A stretch of 64,000 nt of DNA from Nitrospirota bacterium (GCA_016212085.1 JACRHL010000018.1:7487-71486), one strand, 5' to 3'. Counted from the stretch's first letter, positions 44,645 to 55,961 are shown. Program-made: numbers and translations. Notes: generated from the sequence alone by a model not told the origin.

Positions 44645-47017
44645 GTGCGATTCAATCCCTTCTCATCCGCCCTGTCCAAGCTCCTTCGGCACAAAATTCT
44701 GATCCGCCTGCTCGTCGTGGCGGGGGTGCTCGGGGTGGTCGGCGTGGTGGCCGTGGCCGGGGCGGTCTGGAAGCTCTCCCACGACCTGCCGGACATCTCG
44801 CACCTCAAGAGTTATTCGCCCAGCTCCGTCACCCGCATCTACGACATCAACAACGATCTGCTGGGCGAGTATTACAACGAGCGGCGCGAGTACGTGCCCC
44901 TCGAGCGCATTCCCGCCCACCTGATCCACGCGGTGCTGGCGGTGGAGGACTCGCGCTTCTATTCCCACATCGGCGTGGATGTGGTGCGCATCGGTGGCGC
45001 GGTGGTGGCCAACTTCGTCCAGGGGGGGTTCAGCCAGGGCGGCAGCACCATCACCCAGCAGCTCGCCCGCACCCTGTTCCTGTCGCGCGAGAAGACCCTG
45101 TCGCGCAAGCTGAAGGAGGCGATCCTGTCGATCCGGATGGAGCAACTGCTCACCAAGGATCGCATCCTCGAGCTGTACCTGAACGAGATCTACCTGGGCA
45201 ACGGCGCCTACGGCGTGGAGGCGGCGGCGCAGGCCTATTTCGGCAAGGGCGTCGACCAGATCACCCTGCCCGAGGCGGCCTTCCTGGCCGGCCTGCCCAA
45301 GGCGCCGAGCCGCTACACCCCCTATGCCGACCCCAAGGCCGCCAAGCAGCGCCAGGGGGTGGTGCTGCGGCGCATGGTGGACGAGGGGGCGATCCCCTGG
45401 GCCGACTACCAGGCGGCCTACGCGGCGGACCTGTCGTTCCGGCGCCCCCAGTCGGCGGCGCGCAGCGCCCCCTACGTGCTGGAGGAGGTGCGCCAGCACC
45501 TGGCGGCCCGCTACGGCAACGGCGCCGTGTACAACGGCGGCCTGTCGGTCTACACCGCCATCGACGGCGCCATGCAGGAGGCCGCGGAACTGGCCGTCAA
45601 GCACGGCCTGCGCGAGCTGGACAAGCGCCAGGGCTGGCGCGGCGTGATCGGCACCCTCGGCCCCGCGAAGGTGTCCCGGCTGCGCTCCAAGGCGCCGCGC
45701 GCCCGCATCCACACCGACCTGGTCCCGGAAAACATCTACGAGGCGGTGGTCCTGGAGGTCTTCCCCGACCAGGTCACCGTGCTGGTGGAGGGGCGCGAGG
45801 GCACCCTTTTCGCCACCGACATGCAGTGGGCGCGGCGCCGCCTGAACGGCCCCGACATCAAGAACGACGTGGTGGTCCACCCGACCTTCGACCCGCAGCA
45901 CCAGCTGGCCCCCGGCGACATGATCCACGTGGGCCTGAAAACCATCAGCCCGCTCACCTTCCGCCTGGAGCAGGTGCCGGTGGCCCAGGCGGCGCTGGTG
46001 GCGCTGGACCCGGCCACCGGCGAGGTGCGCGCCATGGTGGGCGGGTACGACTTCGGCATCAGCCAGTTCAACCGGGCCGTGTCCGCCAAGCGCCAGCCCG
46101 GTTCCGCCTTCAAGCCCGTCGTGTACGCGGCGGCGTTCGACCGGGGATACGGCCCGGCGTCGATCATGATGGACACGCCGCTGGTGTTCCGCGACGCCAC
46201 CGGCGTGGTGTGGAAGCCGGAAAACTACGAGATGGACTTCTCCGGCCCCATCTCCCTGCGCAACGCGCTGGTGCACTCGCGCAACGTGGCCACCATCAAG
46301 CTGGTGCAGGAAATGGGCGTGCGCCCGGTGCAGCAGTTCGCGCGCCGGGTGGGCATCAATTCCGAGCTGGCCAGCAACCTGTCGCTGTCGCTGGGCTCGT
46401 CGAGCGTGAGCGTGATGGAACTGACCCGCGCCTACGCGGTGTTCGCCTCCGGCGGCCAGCGCGCCGAGCCCTACCTGATCCGCCGCGTGGTGGACCGGGA
46501 CGGTACCCTGCTGGAAGGCGCCGAGCCGCAGGTGAAGCGGGTGGTCAGCGAGGAGACCGCGTACCTCATCACCAACGTCATGGAGGACGTGATCCGCGAC
46601 GGCACCGGCCGCAAGGCGCGCGCCCTCAAGGCGCACATCGGCGGCAAGACCGGCACCACCAACAACTTCACCGATGCCTGGTTCGTGGGTGCCAGCCCCA
46701 ACCTGGCGGTGGGGGTGTGGGTGGGCATGGACAACCACACGCCGCTGGGGATCAGGGAGACCGGCGCCCGCGCCGCCCTGCCCATCTGGGTCGAGTTCAT
46801 GCGCACCGCCTTGCAGCAGGTGCCCGACACGCCGTTCAACATCCCCAAGGGCATCGTCTACGCCCGCATCGACCCGCGCACCGGCCTGCTGGCCCAGGAC
46901 GGCGAGGGGGGGGTGGTGGAGGTGTTCGCCCGGCGCAATAAACCCAAACGCGCGGCCCGCTCCGAGGTGGCGTTCGAGGAATTCGTCGAGATGGACAAGG
47001 CCCCGCGCCAGCGCTAA
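44645..47017 (+). CDS. mrcA: Penicillin-binding protein 1A (bifunctional transglycosylase/transpeptidase)
   Basis: GTG start in frame with ORF 44555. Glycosyltransferase motifs (EDSRFYSH, GGSTITQQL, RKLKE), transpeptidase SAFKP, SRN and KTGT. Confidence 0.85.
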   Translation: MRFNPFSSALSKLLRHKILIRLLVVAGVLGVVGVVAVAGAVWKLSHDLPDISHLKSYSPSSVTRIYDINNDLLGEYYNERREYVPLERIPAHLIHAVLAVEDSRFYSHIGVDVVRIGGAVVANFVQGGFSQGGSTITQQLARTLFLSREKTLSRKLKEAILSIRMEQLLTKDRILELYLNEIYLGNGAYGVEAAAQAYFGKGVDQITLPEAAFLAGLPKAPSRYTPYADPKAAKQRQGVVLRRMVDEGAIPWADYQAAYAADLSFRRPQSAARSAPYVLEEVRQHLAARYGNGAVYNGGLSVYTAIDGAMQEAAELAVKHGLRELDKRQGWRGVIGTLGPAKVSRLRSKAPRARIHTDLVPENIYEAVVLEVFPDQVTVLVEGREGTLFATDMQWARRRLNGPDIKNDVVVHPTFDPQHQLAPGDMIHVGLKTISPLTFRLEQVPVAQAALVALDPATGEVRAMVGGYDFGISQFNRAVSAKRQPGSAFKPVVYAAAFDRGYGPASIMMDTPLVFRDATGVVWKPENYEMDFSGPISLRNALVHSRNVATIKLVQEMGVRPVQQFARRVGINSELASNLSLSLGSSSVSVMELTRAYAVFASGGQRAEPYLIRRVVDRDGTLLEGAEPQVKRVVSEETAYLITNVMEDVIRDGTGRKARALKAHIGGKTGTTNNFTDAWFVGASPNLAVGVWVGMDNHTPLGIRETGARAALPIWVEFMRTALQQVPDTPFNIPKGIVYARIDPRTGLLAQDGEGGVVEVFARRNKPKRAARSEVAFEEFVEMDKAPRQR

Positions 47018-47029
47018 AATTACCGGCTT

Positions 47030-47977
47030 ATGTTCGGGCCGATCCGCACAGGCGAGGGGAACGGCCGGCTGCCCCGCTGGGTCACCGGCAAGCCCGCGCC
47101 CCTGGGCGCCGGGCACGAAGTCCGGGCGCGCTTGCGCGGGGCGGGCCTGGCGAGCGTTTGCGAGGAGGCGCGCTGCCCCAACCTGGCCGATTGCTTCGGG
47201 CGCGGGGTGGCCACCTTCATGATCCTGGGCGACACCTGCACCCGCCGGTGCGGCTTTTGCGCCGTGGCCCACGGCGCGCCGGCGCCGCCGGACGCGGACG
47301 AACCGGCGCGGCTGGCCGGCGCGGCCCTGGGCATGGGCCTCCGCCACGTGGTGGTGACCTCCGTGGACCGGGACGACCTGGCCGACGGCGGGGCGGCCCA
47401 TTTCGCGGCCACCGTGGCGGCCTTGCGGGCCACGCTGCCGGCGGCCACGGTGGAGGTGCTCACGCCCGATTTCGGCGGGCGCGGGGAATCGGTCGACAGG
47501 GTGGCGGACGCGCGGCCCGCGGTCTACAACCACAACCTGGAGACGGTCGCCCGCCTCCAGTCGGTGGCGCGGCCGGACGGGGACTACCGGCGCTCGCTGG
47601 CGGTGCTGGCGCGGGTCAAGGCGCGCCACCCGCGCATGTGGGTCAAGTCCGGCCTCATGGCCGGCCTGGGCGAGACCGATGCCGAGCTGGACGCCGCCTT
47701 CCGCCACCTGCGGGACGCGGGGTGTGACCTGCTCACCCTGGGGCAGTACCTGCGGCCTGGGCGGGATCAACTCCCGGTGGCGCGCTACCTGGAGCCGGCG
47801 GATTTCGCCCGCCTCAAGGCGCGGGCGCTCGAGATGGGTTTCGCGCACGTGGCGGCGGGGCCGCGGGTGCGCAGTTCGTTCAACGCGGGGCCGGTGCTGG
47901 CGGCGTTGGCGGGGGCAAGCAACAACCTTTTTGGGCGCGCCAGGGGCATGCACCCGGGGGCGCCGGAAAACGGATAA
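47030..47977 (+). CDS. lipA: Lipoyl synthase
   Basis: CxxxCxxC radical-SAM cluster (CTRRCGFC) plus the auxiliary-cluster cysteines ([12 protein letters not shown]). Confidence 0.9.
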   Translation: MFGPIRTGEGNGRLPRWVTGKPAPLGAGHEVRARLRGAGLASVCEEARCPNLADCFGRGVATFMILGDTCTRRCGFCAVAHGAPAPPDADEPARLAGAALGMGLRHVVVTSVDRDDLADGGAAHFAATVAALRATLPAATVEVLTPDFGGRGESVDRVADARPAVYNHNLETVARLQSVARPDGDYRRSLAVLARVKARHPRMWVKSGLMAGLGETDAELDAAFRHLRDAGCDLLTLGQYLRPGRDQLPVARYLEPADFARLKARALEMGFAHVAAGPRVRSSFNAGPVLAALAGASNNLFGRARGMHPGAPENG

Positions 47978-47984
47978 GGGGTCT

Positions 47985-49151
47985 GTGTACGAGTTTCAAC
48001 GGGTAAAGCGGCTGCCACCCTATGTGTTCGCCGCGGTCAACGATCTGAAGATGGCCGCCCGCCGCCGCGGCGAGGACATCATCGACTTCGGCATGGGCAA
48101 CCCCGACCTGCCCACGCCCAAGCACATCGTCGACAAGCTCTGCGAGGCCGCCCAGGACGGGCGCAACCACCGCTACTCCCTGTCGCGCGGCATCCAGGGC
48201 CTGCGCAAGGCGTTGTGCGCCTTCTACAAGCGCAAGTTCGACGTGGACCTGGACCCGGACACGGAGGTGGTGGTCACCATCGGCTCCAAGGAGGGCCTGT
48301 CCAGCCTGGCGCTGGCCATCACCGCCCCCGGCGACGCGGTGCTGGTGCCCAACCCGGCCTATCCCATCCACCCCTACGGCTTCATCATCGCCGGCGCCGA
48401 CATCCGCCACGTGCCCTGCAACCCGGAGACGGACTACTTCGAGGAGCTGAACAAGGCGTTCCGCGACTGCTGGCCCAAGCCCAAGGCGCTGGTGGTGAAC
48501 TACCCGTCCAACCCCACCGCCCAGGTGGTGGACCTGCCGTTCTACGAGCGGGTGGTGGAGTTCGCCAAGGAGAACCAGATCCTGGTGGTGTCCGACCTGG
48601 CCTATGCCGAGATCACCTTCGACGGCTACGTGGCCCCCTCCATCCTCCAGGTGCCCGGCGCCAAGGACGTGGCCGTGGAGTTCTACTCCCTGTCCAAGAC
48701 CTACAACATGCCCGGCTGGCGGGTGGGCTTCATGGTGGGCAACCGCGAGGTGGTGGGCGCCCTCACCAAGATCAAGTCGTACCTGGACTACGGCATGTTC
48801 CAGCCCATCCAGATCGCCGCCACCGCCGCCCTGAACGGCCCGCAGGACTGCGTGCGCGAGGCCTGTGCGATCTACCAGGGGCGGCGCGACGTGCTGATTT
48901 CGGGCCTGGCGCGCGCCGGCTGGAAGGTGGACAGCCCAAAGGCCAGCATGTTCGTCTGGGCGCGCATTCCCGATAAGTACCGCGACATGGGCTCGCTGGA
49001 GTTTTCCAAGTTCCTGCTCAACACCGCCAAGGTGGCGGTGGCACCGGGCATCGGCTTTGGCGAGTATGGCGACCAGTACGTGCGCATCGCCCTGGTGGAG
49101 AACGAGCACCGCATCCGCCAGGCGGTGACGGGCATCCGCAAGGTTCTGTAG
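47985..49151 (+). CDS. Class I aminotransferase, AlaA/AlaC-like (glutamate-pyruvate aminotransferase)
   Basis: GTG start after AAGGGG. PLP-lysine region [14 protein letters not shown]. Collinear with the AlaA family. Confidence 0.8.
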   Translation: MYEFQRVKRLPPYVFAAVNDLKMAARRRGEDIIDFGMGNPDLPTPKHIVDKLCEAAQDGRNHRYSLSRGIQGLRKALCAFYKRKFDVDLDPDTEVVVTIGSKEGLSSLALAITAPGDAVLVPNPAYPIHPYGFIIAGADIRHVPCNPETDYFEELNKAFRDCWPKPKALVVNYPSNPTAQVVDLPFYERVVEFAKENQILVVSDLAYAEITFDGYVAPSILQVPGAKDVAVEFYSLSKTYNMPGWRVGFMVGNREVVGALTKIKSYLDYGMFQPIQIAATAALNGPQDCVREACAIYQGRRDVLISGLARAGWKVDSPKASMFVWARIPDKYRDMGSLEFSKFLLNTAKVAVAPGIGFGEYGDQYVRIALVENEHRIRQAVTGIRKVL

Positions 49152-49183
49152 GGGCGCATTCGATCTCTTGTGAACGGGGAGTC

Positions 49184-50497
49184 ATGGCGAACGCAATCAA
49201 TGTAGGGCTCATCGGCGCCGGCACCGTGGGCGGCGGGGTGGTGGACATTCTCACGACCAATGCCGACGTGATCGCGCGCCGCCTGGGCTGTCCGCTGCGC
49301 CTGGCCCGGGTGGCGGACCGCAACGCCGCGCGCCTGAAGGAGCTGGACCTGCCGGACGGCGTCGCGGTGACGGACGCCCTTGCGGTGGTGAACGACCCCG
49401 ATGTGCAGATCGTCGTGGAGCTGATCGGCGGCAGCACCGTGGCCAGGGAGGTCACCCTGGCGGCGTTCAAGGCCGGCAAGCACGTGGTGACCGCCAACAA
49501 GGCCCTGGTGGCCGCCCACGGCGAGGAGCTGTTCGCCGCCGCCAAGGCCGCCGGCGTGGGCTATGCCTTCGAGGCGGCGGTGGGGGGCGGCATCCCCATC
49601 CTGCGCTCCGTGCGCGAGGGGTTCACCGGCGACCGCATCAAGGAGGTGCTGGGCATCATCAACGGCACCGCCAACTACATCCTCACGGAGATGACGGAGT
49701 ACGGCTCCGACTTTGCCGACGTGCTGGCGGAGGCCCAGAAGCTGGGCTACGCCGAGGCGGACCCCCGCTTCGACGTGGAGGGCATCGACACCGCCCACAA
49801 GCTGGCCATCCTGGTGGCCATGGCCTTTGGCGGTCAGGTGAACGTGGACGACCTGTATGTGGAGGGCATCACCCACATCACCCCCACCGACCTGGAATAT
49901 GCCGAGGTGTTCGGCTGCAAGGTCAAGCTGCTGGCCATCGCCAAGGAGCAGGACGGCCGCATCGAGGCCAGGGTGCACCCCACCATGGTGCCCGAGTCGC
50001 GCCTCATCGCCCAGGTGGACGGGGTGTTCAACGCCATCGCCGTCACCGGCGACAAGGTGGGCCCCACCCTGTTCTACGGGCGCGGGGCGGGCGCCCTGGC
50101 CACCGGCAGCGCGGTGGTGGGCGACCTGGTCGCCACCGCCCGCGCCATCCGGAGCGGCGGCGCCGGGGCCATGCCGCCCATGGCGTTCCAGCAGGAAGGC
50201 CGGCGGCCGCTGGTCATCATGCCCATGGACGAGGTGGTGTCGCTCTACTACCTGCACTTCACGGTGGTGGACCGCCCCGGCGTGCTGTCGGACCTGGCCG
50301 GGGTGTTCGGCCGCCACGGCATCAGCATCGCCAAGGTGATCCAGGACGGCCAGGCCCACGGCCAGAGCGTGTCGCTGGTCATCATGACCCATCGCGCCCG
50401 GGAGGCGTCGGTGCAGGCGGCCGTGCGCGAGATCGAGGCCCTGGCGGCGGTGACCGCCCCCACCACGCTGATCCGGGTGGAAGCCGATGACGAGTAG
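49184..50497 (+). CDS. hom: Homoserine dehydrogenase (with C-terminal ACT domain)
   Basis: NAD-binding GLIGAGTVG, catalytic core and an ACT regulatory tail. Confidence 0.9.
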   Translation: MANAINVGLIGAGTVGGGVVDILTTNADVIARRLGCPLRLARVADRNAARLKELDLPDGVAVTDALAVVNDPDVQIVVELIGGSTVAREVTLAAFKAGKHVVTANKALVAAHGEELFAAAKAAGVGYAFEAAVGGGIPILRSVREGFTGDRIKEVLGIINGTANYILTEMTEYGSDFADVLAEAQKLGYAEADPRFDVEGIDTAHKLAILVAMAFGGQVNVDDLYVEGITHITPTDLEYAEVFGCKVKLLAIAKEQDGRIEARVHPTMVPESRLIAQVDGVFNAIAVTGDKVGPTLFYGRGAGALATGSAVVGDLVATARAIRSGGAGAMPPMAFQQEGRRPLVIMPMDEVVSLYYLHFTVVDRPGVLSDLAGVFGRHGISIAKVIQDGQAHGQSVSLVIMTHRAREASVQAAVREIEALAAVTAPTTLIRVEADDE

Positions 50498-50528
50498 TGT
50501 TCTTTCCGCCCGCGAGGAGGAGTAGCCC

Positions 50529-51596
50529 ATGGGCAGCAAGGTTTGGCGCGGCCTGATCGAGGAATACCGCCAGTATCTGCCGGTCACCGACAAGACGCCG
50601 GTGGTGACGTTACAGGAGGGCAACACCCCCCTGTATCCCACCCGGCGCCTGAACATGGCCATCAACCCCGACATCGAGATCTATCTCAAGTACGACGGGG
50701 CCAACCCCACCGGCTCCTTCAAGGACCGGGGCATGACCATGGCGGTCACCAAGGCCAAGGAGAAGGGGGCCGAATCGGTGATCTGCGCCTCCACCGGCAA
50801 CACCTCGGCGGCGGCGGCCGCCTATGGCGCGTCGGCGGGCTTGAAGGTGTTCGTGCTCATCCCGGACGGCAAGATCGCCCTGGGCAAGCTGGCGCAGGCC
50901 ATGGCCTATGGGGCCCAGGTGCTGCAAGTGCGCGGCAACTTCGACCAGGCGCTGAAGATCGTCACCGAGATCTCCGCCGGCTTCCCCATCACCCTGGTGA
51001 ACTCCATCAACCCGTTCCGCATCGAGGGGCAGAAGACCGCCTCGTTCGAGGTGGTGGAGCAACTGGGCGGCAAGGCGCCGGACTATCAATTCCTGCCAGT
51101 GGGCAACGCGGGCAACATCACCGCCTACTGGAAGGGTTACAAGGAATACCAGGCCGCGGGCAAGATCAAGAACCTGCCCAAGATGATGGGCTGGCAGGCG
51201 GAGGGCGCGGCCCCCATCGTGCGCGGCCACGTGGTGGAGAAGCCCTCCACCATCGCCACCGCCATCCGCATCGGCAACCCGGCCAGCTGGAAGGGGGCCG
51301 AGGCCGCCGCCCGCGAGTCCGGCGGCCGCATCGACATGGTGTCCGACGCGGAGATCCTGGAGGCCTACAAGATGATCGCCTCCCTCGAGGGGGTGTTCTG
51401 CGAGCCGGCCTCGGCGGCGTCGGTGGCGGGGGTCATCAAGGCCAACAAGGCGGGCCTGTTCCATCCGGGCGACAAGATCGTGTGCACCCTCACCGGCCAC
51501 GGCCTGAAGGACCCGGACGTGGCCATGAACGTGATCTCCAGACCCGACACCGTGGACGCCAACCTGCCCGCGGTGCTGAAAAGCCTGGGTTTTTAG
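50529..51596 (+). CDS. thrC: Threonine synthase (short form)
   Basis: PLP-lysine motif NPTGSFKDRG and full collinearity with ThrC. Confidence 0.9.
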   Translation: MGSKVWRGLIEEYRQYLPVTDKTPVVTLQEGNTPLYPTRRLNMAINPDIEIYLKYDGANPTGSFKDRGMTMAVTKAKEKGAESVICASTGNTSAAAAAYGASAGLKVFVLIPDGKIALGKLAQAMAYGAQVLQVRGNFDQALKIVTEISAGFPITLVNSINPFRIEGQKTASFEVVEQLGGKAPDYQFLPVGNAGNITAYWKGYKEYQAAGKIKNLPKMMGWQAEGAAPIVRGHVVEKPSTIATAIRIGNPASWKGAEAAARESGGRIDMVSDAEILEAYKMIASLEGVFCEPASAASVAGVIKANKAGLFHPGDKIVCTLTGHGLKDPDVAMNVISRPDTVDANLPAVLKSLGF

Positions 51597-51612
51597 GAAG
51601 GGGTCCGGTGGC

Positions 51613-52695
51613 ATGCCCACCGCGCTGCTGATCCTCGACGGGCTGGCCGACCGGCCGCTTGCCGCCCTGGGGGGGCGCACGCCGCTCATGGCGGCGGCCA
51701 CCCCGGCGCTGGACCGGCTGGCGGCCGGTGGCGCCGTGGGGCGCTGGCAGCCGACCCCGCCGGGCCGCGCGCCGGGCAGCGAGGTGGGGGTGTTCGCCTG
51801 CCTGGGCGAGCCCATTCCCGCCGCCGGGCGGGCGGCCTTCGAGGCCCTGGGGCGCGGCATCGCCCTGGCACCGGGCGAAACCGCCTTCCGCGTTACGCCG
51901 GTGCGGGTGAACGGGCCGGTGGACGACCCGGAAACGGTGCTCGCCGGCGGCGCCGAATGCCCGTTCGTGGAGCTGGTCGCGCTGGCCGCGTGGCTGGCAT
52001 CCTTGGGCATCGCCCTCTACCCCTGCCGGTCGGGGCGGCATATCATGGTGGTTCCCGGCGCGCATGAGGCCGGGCCCGCCGGGCCGCATCAGCTTGCCGG
52101 CATGCCGCTGGGCTCCCCCCTTCCCGCCGGGGTGCCGTGGCGCGCCGTGCAGCGTCGCCTGGGCGGCGTCGCCCTGTGGCCCTGGGGCGCCGGCGGCGGG
52201 TGGCGTGGGCCGCTGATTGCCGACGGCCGCGTCCTGGTATGCGGCGTGCCGCTGGTGCGGGGCATCGGCCTGAGCCTGGGGATGACCGTGGCCAAGGTGC
52301 CCGGCGCCACCGGCGATGCCGACACGGACCTGGGCGCCAAGGGCGGCGCGGCCCTGGCCGCGCTGGCCGAGGGAAACGACGTGGTGGTGCACGTGGAGGG
52401 GACCGACATGGCCGCCCACCGGCTGGACCCGCTGGCCAAGCGCGACCTGATCGCGCGCGTGGACCGCGAGCTGGTGGCGCCCCTGGCGGCCGGCGGTGCG
52501 CGCATACTGGTCACCTGCGACCACGGCACGTCCAGCGCCGACGGCCGGCACCTGGATGATCCGGTGCCGTTCCTGCTGTGGGACCCAGCCGTGCCGGGGC
52601 CGGGCGGAACGGGATTTGACGAGGGCGCGGCGGGCCCGGTGTGGAGCGCCGCCGCCTGGAAACAGCTTTTGGAGGAGGCGCCGGTCCGGTGCTGA
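51613..52695 (+). CDS. COG3635 ApgM-like metalloenzyme (cofactor-independent phosphoglycerate-mutase family); candidate non-orthologous homoserine kinase
   Basis: [10 protein letters not shown]...GRTPL...PGSEVGVF...ETAFRV at the N-terminus and VTCDHGT...GRH...PVPFLLWDP at the C-terminus match the archaeal-type iPGM/phosphopentomutase-like metalloenzyme family. The gene sits between thrC and lysC with a 4-nt overlap with lysC. Confidence 0.7.
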   Translation: MPTALLILDGLADRPLAALGGRTPLMAAATPALDRLAAGGAVGRWQPTPPGRAPGSEVGVFACLGEPIPAAGRAAFEALGRGIALAPGETAFRVTPVRVNGPVDDPETVLAGGAECPFVELVALAAWLASLGIALYPCRSGRHIMVVPGAHEAGPAGPHQLAGMPLGSPLPAGVPWRAVQRRLGGVALWPWGAGGGWRGPLIADGRVLVCGVPLVRGIGLSLGMTVAKVPGATGDADTDLGAKGGAALAALAEGNDVVVHVEGTDMAAHRLDPLAKRDLIARVDRELVAPLAAGGARILVTCDHGTSSADGRHLDDPVPFLLWDPAVPGPGGTGFDEGAAGPVWSAAAWKQLLEEAPVRC

Positions 52696-53918
52696 TCGTA
52701 CAGAAATACGGGGGAACCTCGGTCGGGGACCTGGAGCGCATCCAGAACGTGGCGCGCCGGGTGCGCCGGGTGCGCGACGCGGGCCACCAGGTGGTGGTGG
52801 TGGTGTCGGCCATGAGCGGCGAGACCGACAGCCTGGTCGCCATGGCCAACGCCTTGAGCCCGCTGCCGCCGGAGCGCGAGATGGACATGCTGCTGTCCAC
52901 CGGCGAGCGCAAGACCATCGCCCTCCTGGCCATCGCCCTGACCGCCATGGGCACGCCGTCCCAGGCGTTCACCGGCCGCCAGGTCGGCATCGAGACCGAC
53001 AGCGCCCACACCCGCGCCCGCATCGAACGCATCTCCGGCGAGCGGCTGCGCAAGTCCCTGGCCGAGGGCTACGTGCCGGTGGTGGCCGGGTTCCAGGGCA
53101 TCAACGCCCAGTCCGACGTGACCACCCTGGGGCGCGGCGGTTCCGACCTGACCGCCGTGGCCGTCGCCGCCGCCATCCAGGCCGACCGCTGCGACATCTA
53201 CACCGATGTGGACGGGGTCTACACCGCCGATCCGCGCATCGTCTCGAACGCCCGCAAGCTCGACAGGATCGCCTTCGAGGAGATGCTGGAGCTGGCCTCC
53301 CTGGGGGCCAAGGTGTTGCAGACGCGCTCGGTGCTGTTTGCCATGCGCCACGGCGTGCCGGTTCAGGTGTTGAGCAGTTTTACCGACCAGCCGGGAACGC
53401 TGGTGACCAAGGAGGATGCGGAAATGGAGCAGCTGTCGGTGTCCGGCGTGACCTACGATCGGAACCAGGCGAAGGTGACCATCACCGACGTGCCGGACCA
53501 GCCGGGCGTGGCGTCCAGGCTGTTCAAGGCCATCTCCGACGCCAACATCATGATCGACATGATCATCCAGAACGTCGGCCACGACGGCTGCACCGACATC
53601 TCGTTCACCATTCCGCGCACCGACGTGGCCAAGCTGCGCTCCCACATGGGCACCATCCGGCTGGACGGCAGCCCCCTCACCATCGACGTGGACGACCGCA
53701 TCGCCAAGGTGAGCGCGGTGGGCGTGGGCATGCGCTCCCACTCGGGCGTGGCCACCCGGATGTTCGACACCCTGGCCCAGAACGGGGTGAACATCAAGAT
53801 GATCAGCACCTCGGAGATCAAGATCTCCTGCGTCATCGACGAGCGCTACACCGAGCTGGCGGTGCGCGCCCTGCACGACGCGTTCGAGCTGGGCGTCGTC
53901 CCCGGAGGCACCTCGTGA
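52689..53918 (+). CDS. lysC: Aspartate kinase (monofunctional, two ACT domains)
   Basis: GTG start overlaps the upstream stop. The motifs VQKYGGTSV and [12 protein letters not shown] and the C-terminal ACT pair are present. Confidence 0.9.
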   Translation: MLIVQKYGGTSVGDLERIQNVARRVRRVRDAGHQVVVVVSAMSGETDSLVAMANALSPLPPEREMDMLLSTGERKTIALLAIALTAMGTPSQAFTGRQVGIETDSAHTRARIERISGERLRKSLAEGYVPVVAGFQGINAQSDVTTLGRGGSDLTAVAVAAAIQADRCDIYTDVDGVYTADPRIVSNARKLDRIAFEEMLELASLGAKVLQTRSVLFAMRHGVPVQVLSSFTDQPGTLVTKEDAEMEQLSVSGVTYDRNQAKVTITDVPDQPGVASRLFKAISDANIMIDMIIQNVGHDGCTDISFTIPRTDVAKLRSHMGTIRLDGSPLTIDVDDRIAKVSAVGVGMRSHSGVATRMFDTLAQNGVNIKMISTSEIKISCVIDERYTELAVRALHDAFELGVVPGGTS

Positions 53919-55525
53919 ACCCATCCGCGACCACCCCCGCCCGCGTCGACATCTACGACACCACCCTGCGCGACGGCGCGCAGTCGGAGGACATCTCCTT
54001 TTCCGTCCAGGACAAGCTGCGCGTGGTGCGCCTGCTCGACGAGCTGGGCGTGCCCTACATCGAGGGCGGTTGGCCCAGCTCCAACCCCAAGGAGATGTCG
54101 TTCTTCGAGCAGGTCCTGGGCATGGACCTCAAGCACGCCCGGGTGACCGCCTTCGGCAGCACCCACAAGGCCTCCGTGGCCGTGGAGGACGACCGCAACG
54201 TGGCGGGCCTGCTCGCCTGCGGCGCCGACGTGCTGACCATCTTCGGCAAGAGCTGGAATTTTCACGTCACCGAGGCGCTGGGCATCCCCCTGGAGCGCAA
54301 CCTGGAACTGATCCGGGACACGGTGGCCTACCTGAACGCCCACCGCTCCCAGGTATTCTTCGACGCGGAGCATTTCTTCGACGGCTACAAGGCCGACCCG
54401 GAGTATGCCCTGGCCACCCTGGCCGCCGCCCAGGAGGGCGGGGCCCAGGCGCTGGTGCTGTGCGACACCAACGGCGGCGCCATGCCGTGGGAGGTGGCGC
54501 GCATCGTCCAGGTGGTGCGCGCGCGGATGGCCACCCCCATCGGCATCCACACCCACAACGATGGCGACATGGCCGTGGCCAACGCCCTCGAGGCCGTGCG
54601 CGCGGGCGCCACGCACGTGCAGGGCACCGTGAACGGCTATGGCGAGCGCTGCGGCAACGCCAACCTGCTGAGCGTGATCGCCAACCTCGAGCTGAAGCTG
54701 GGGGTGAAGGCCCTGCCGGAGGGGCGCATCAAGCGCCTCAAGGAGACCTCGGCGCGCCTCTCCGAGCTGGCCAACCTGCCGCACAACAAGCACCTGCCCT
54801 ACGTGGGCGACGCGGCCTTCGCCCACAAGGGCGGCATCCACGTGAGCGCCGTGGAAAAGAACGCCGCCACCTACGAGCACGTGGCCCCGGAAACCGTGGG
54901 CAACCGCCGGCGGGTGCTGATCTCCGATTACTCCGGGCGCAGCAACGTGCTGTACAAGGCCAAGGAGTTCGGCATCGACCTCACCGACCAGTCGCAGCTG
55001 TCCGCCGACCTGGTGAACCAGATCAAGGAGCTGGAGGCGTCCGGCTTCCAGTTCGAGGGGGCCGAGGCCTCCTTCGAGCTGCTCATCCACAAGGCCCGGG
55101 GCAGCTACCGGCGCTTTTTCGACCTGCTCAGCTACCGGGTCATCGTCGACAAGCGCAGCGCCAACGGCCGCTCGGTCACCGAGGCCACGGTCAAGGTGCG
55201 GGTGGGGGAGACGGAGCACCTCACCGCCGCCGAGGGCGATGGCCCGGTGAACGCCCTCGACCTGGCCCTGCGCGGCGCCCTGGCGCGCTTCTACCCGGTC
55301 ATCAACGATTTCAAGCTGGTGGACTACAAGGTGCGCGTGCTCACCGGCACCCACGGCACCGCGTCCAGGGTGCGGGTGGTCATCGAGAGCGCCGACGCGG
55401 GCGACAGCTGGGGCACGGTGGGGGTGTCCACCAACATCATCCAGGCCAGCTACCAGGCCCTGGTGGATGCCATCGAGTACCGCCTGATGACCACGGGCGC
55501 CGTCGCCGGCGCCGCGGAGGCTTGA
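53915..55525 (+). CDS. cimA: (R)-citramalate synthase (LeuA-family, CimA-type)
   Basis: GTG start overlaps the lysC stop (GTGA). The DRE-TIM barrel ([16 protein letters not shown]) plus the C-terminal LeuA-dimer regulatory domain (about 536 aa) resemble the citramalate-synthase branch rather than canonical LeuA. Confidence 0.75.
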   Translation: MNPSATTPARVDIYDTTLRDGAQSEDISFSVQDKLRVVRLLDELGVPYIEGGWPSSNPKEMSFFEQVLGMDLKHARVTAFGSTHKASVAVEDDRNVAGLLACGADVLTIFGKSWNFHVTEALGIPLERNLELIRDTVAYLNAHRSQVFFDAEHFFDGYKADPEYALATLAAAQEGGAQALVLCDTNGGAMPWEVARIVQVVRARMATPIGIHTHNDGDMAVANALEAVRAGATHVQGTVNGYGERCGNANLLSVIANLELKLGVKALPEGRIKRLKETSARLSELANLPHNKHLPYVGDAAFAHKGGIHVSAVEKNAATYEHVAPETVGNRRRVLISDYSGRSNVLYKAKEFGIDLTDQSQLSADLVNQIKELEASGFQFEGAEASFELLIHKARGSYRRFFDLLSYRVIVDKRSANGRSVTEATVKVRVGETEHLTAAEGDGPVNALDLALRGALARFYPVINDFKLVDYKVRVLTGTHGTASRVRVVIESADAGDSWGTVGVSTNIIQASYQALVDAIEYRLMTTGAVAGAAEA

Positions 55526-55541
55526 GGGCGGGCGCCTGGCC

Positions 55542-55961
55542 ATGGAGGAGCAAGGGACGGTGATCCGCGCGGGCGATGGCGAGGCCCTGGTGCGGGTGAC
55601 CCCCTCCGCCGCCTGTGGCGGCTGTGGCCAGCAGTCCGCCTGCCACCCGGCGAACGGCGAGCGCACCGTGACGGTGACCGATCCCATCGGCGTGCGGCCC
55701 GGCCAGATCGTCACCATCGGGCTTCCCGGCGGCGGCATCCGGGCGGCCCTGGGGCTGGCCTATGGCGTGCCGCTGGCGGCCTTGCTGGGGGGCGCCGTGC
55801 TGGGTTACCGGCTCGCCCCGGCGGGCGCCGACCTGGAACTGGTGGCGGCGCTGGCGGCGCTGGCGGGCCTGGGCGCGGCCTTCCTGCTGCTCAAGATGCT
55901 GCGCGGCCGCTACGAGGGGCTCCGCTCCCTGAAGCCGGTGGTGCTGCGCATCGGCGGATAG
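55542..55961 (+). CDS. RseC/MucC-family protein (sigma-E regulatory / SoxR-reducing system component-like)
   Basis: N-terminal Cys cluster (SAACGGCGQQSAC) followed by two TM helices. An orphan: no rpoE, rseA or rseB is adjacent. Confidence 0.55.
   Translation: MEEQGTVIRAGDGEALVRVTPSAACGGCGQQSACHPANGERTVTVTDPIGVRPGQIVTIGLPGGGIRAALGLAYGVPLAALLGGAVLGYRLAPAGADLELVAALAALAGLGAAFLLLKMLRGRYEGLRSLKPVVLRIGG

Noticed and set aside
44663-47953. 1096-aa antisense ORF across mrcA and lipA
   Set aside because: Same artefact class. The sense-strand genes carry complete catalytic motifs.
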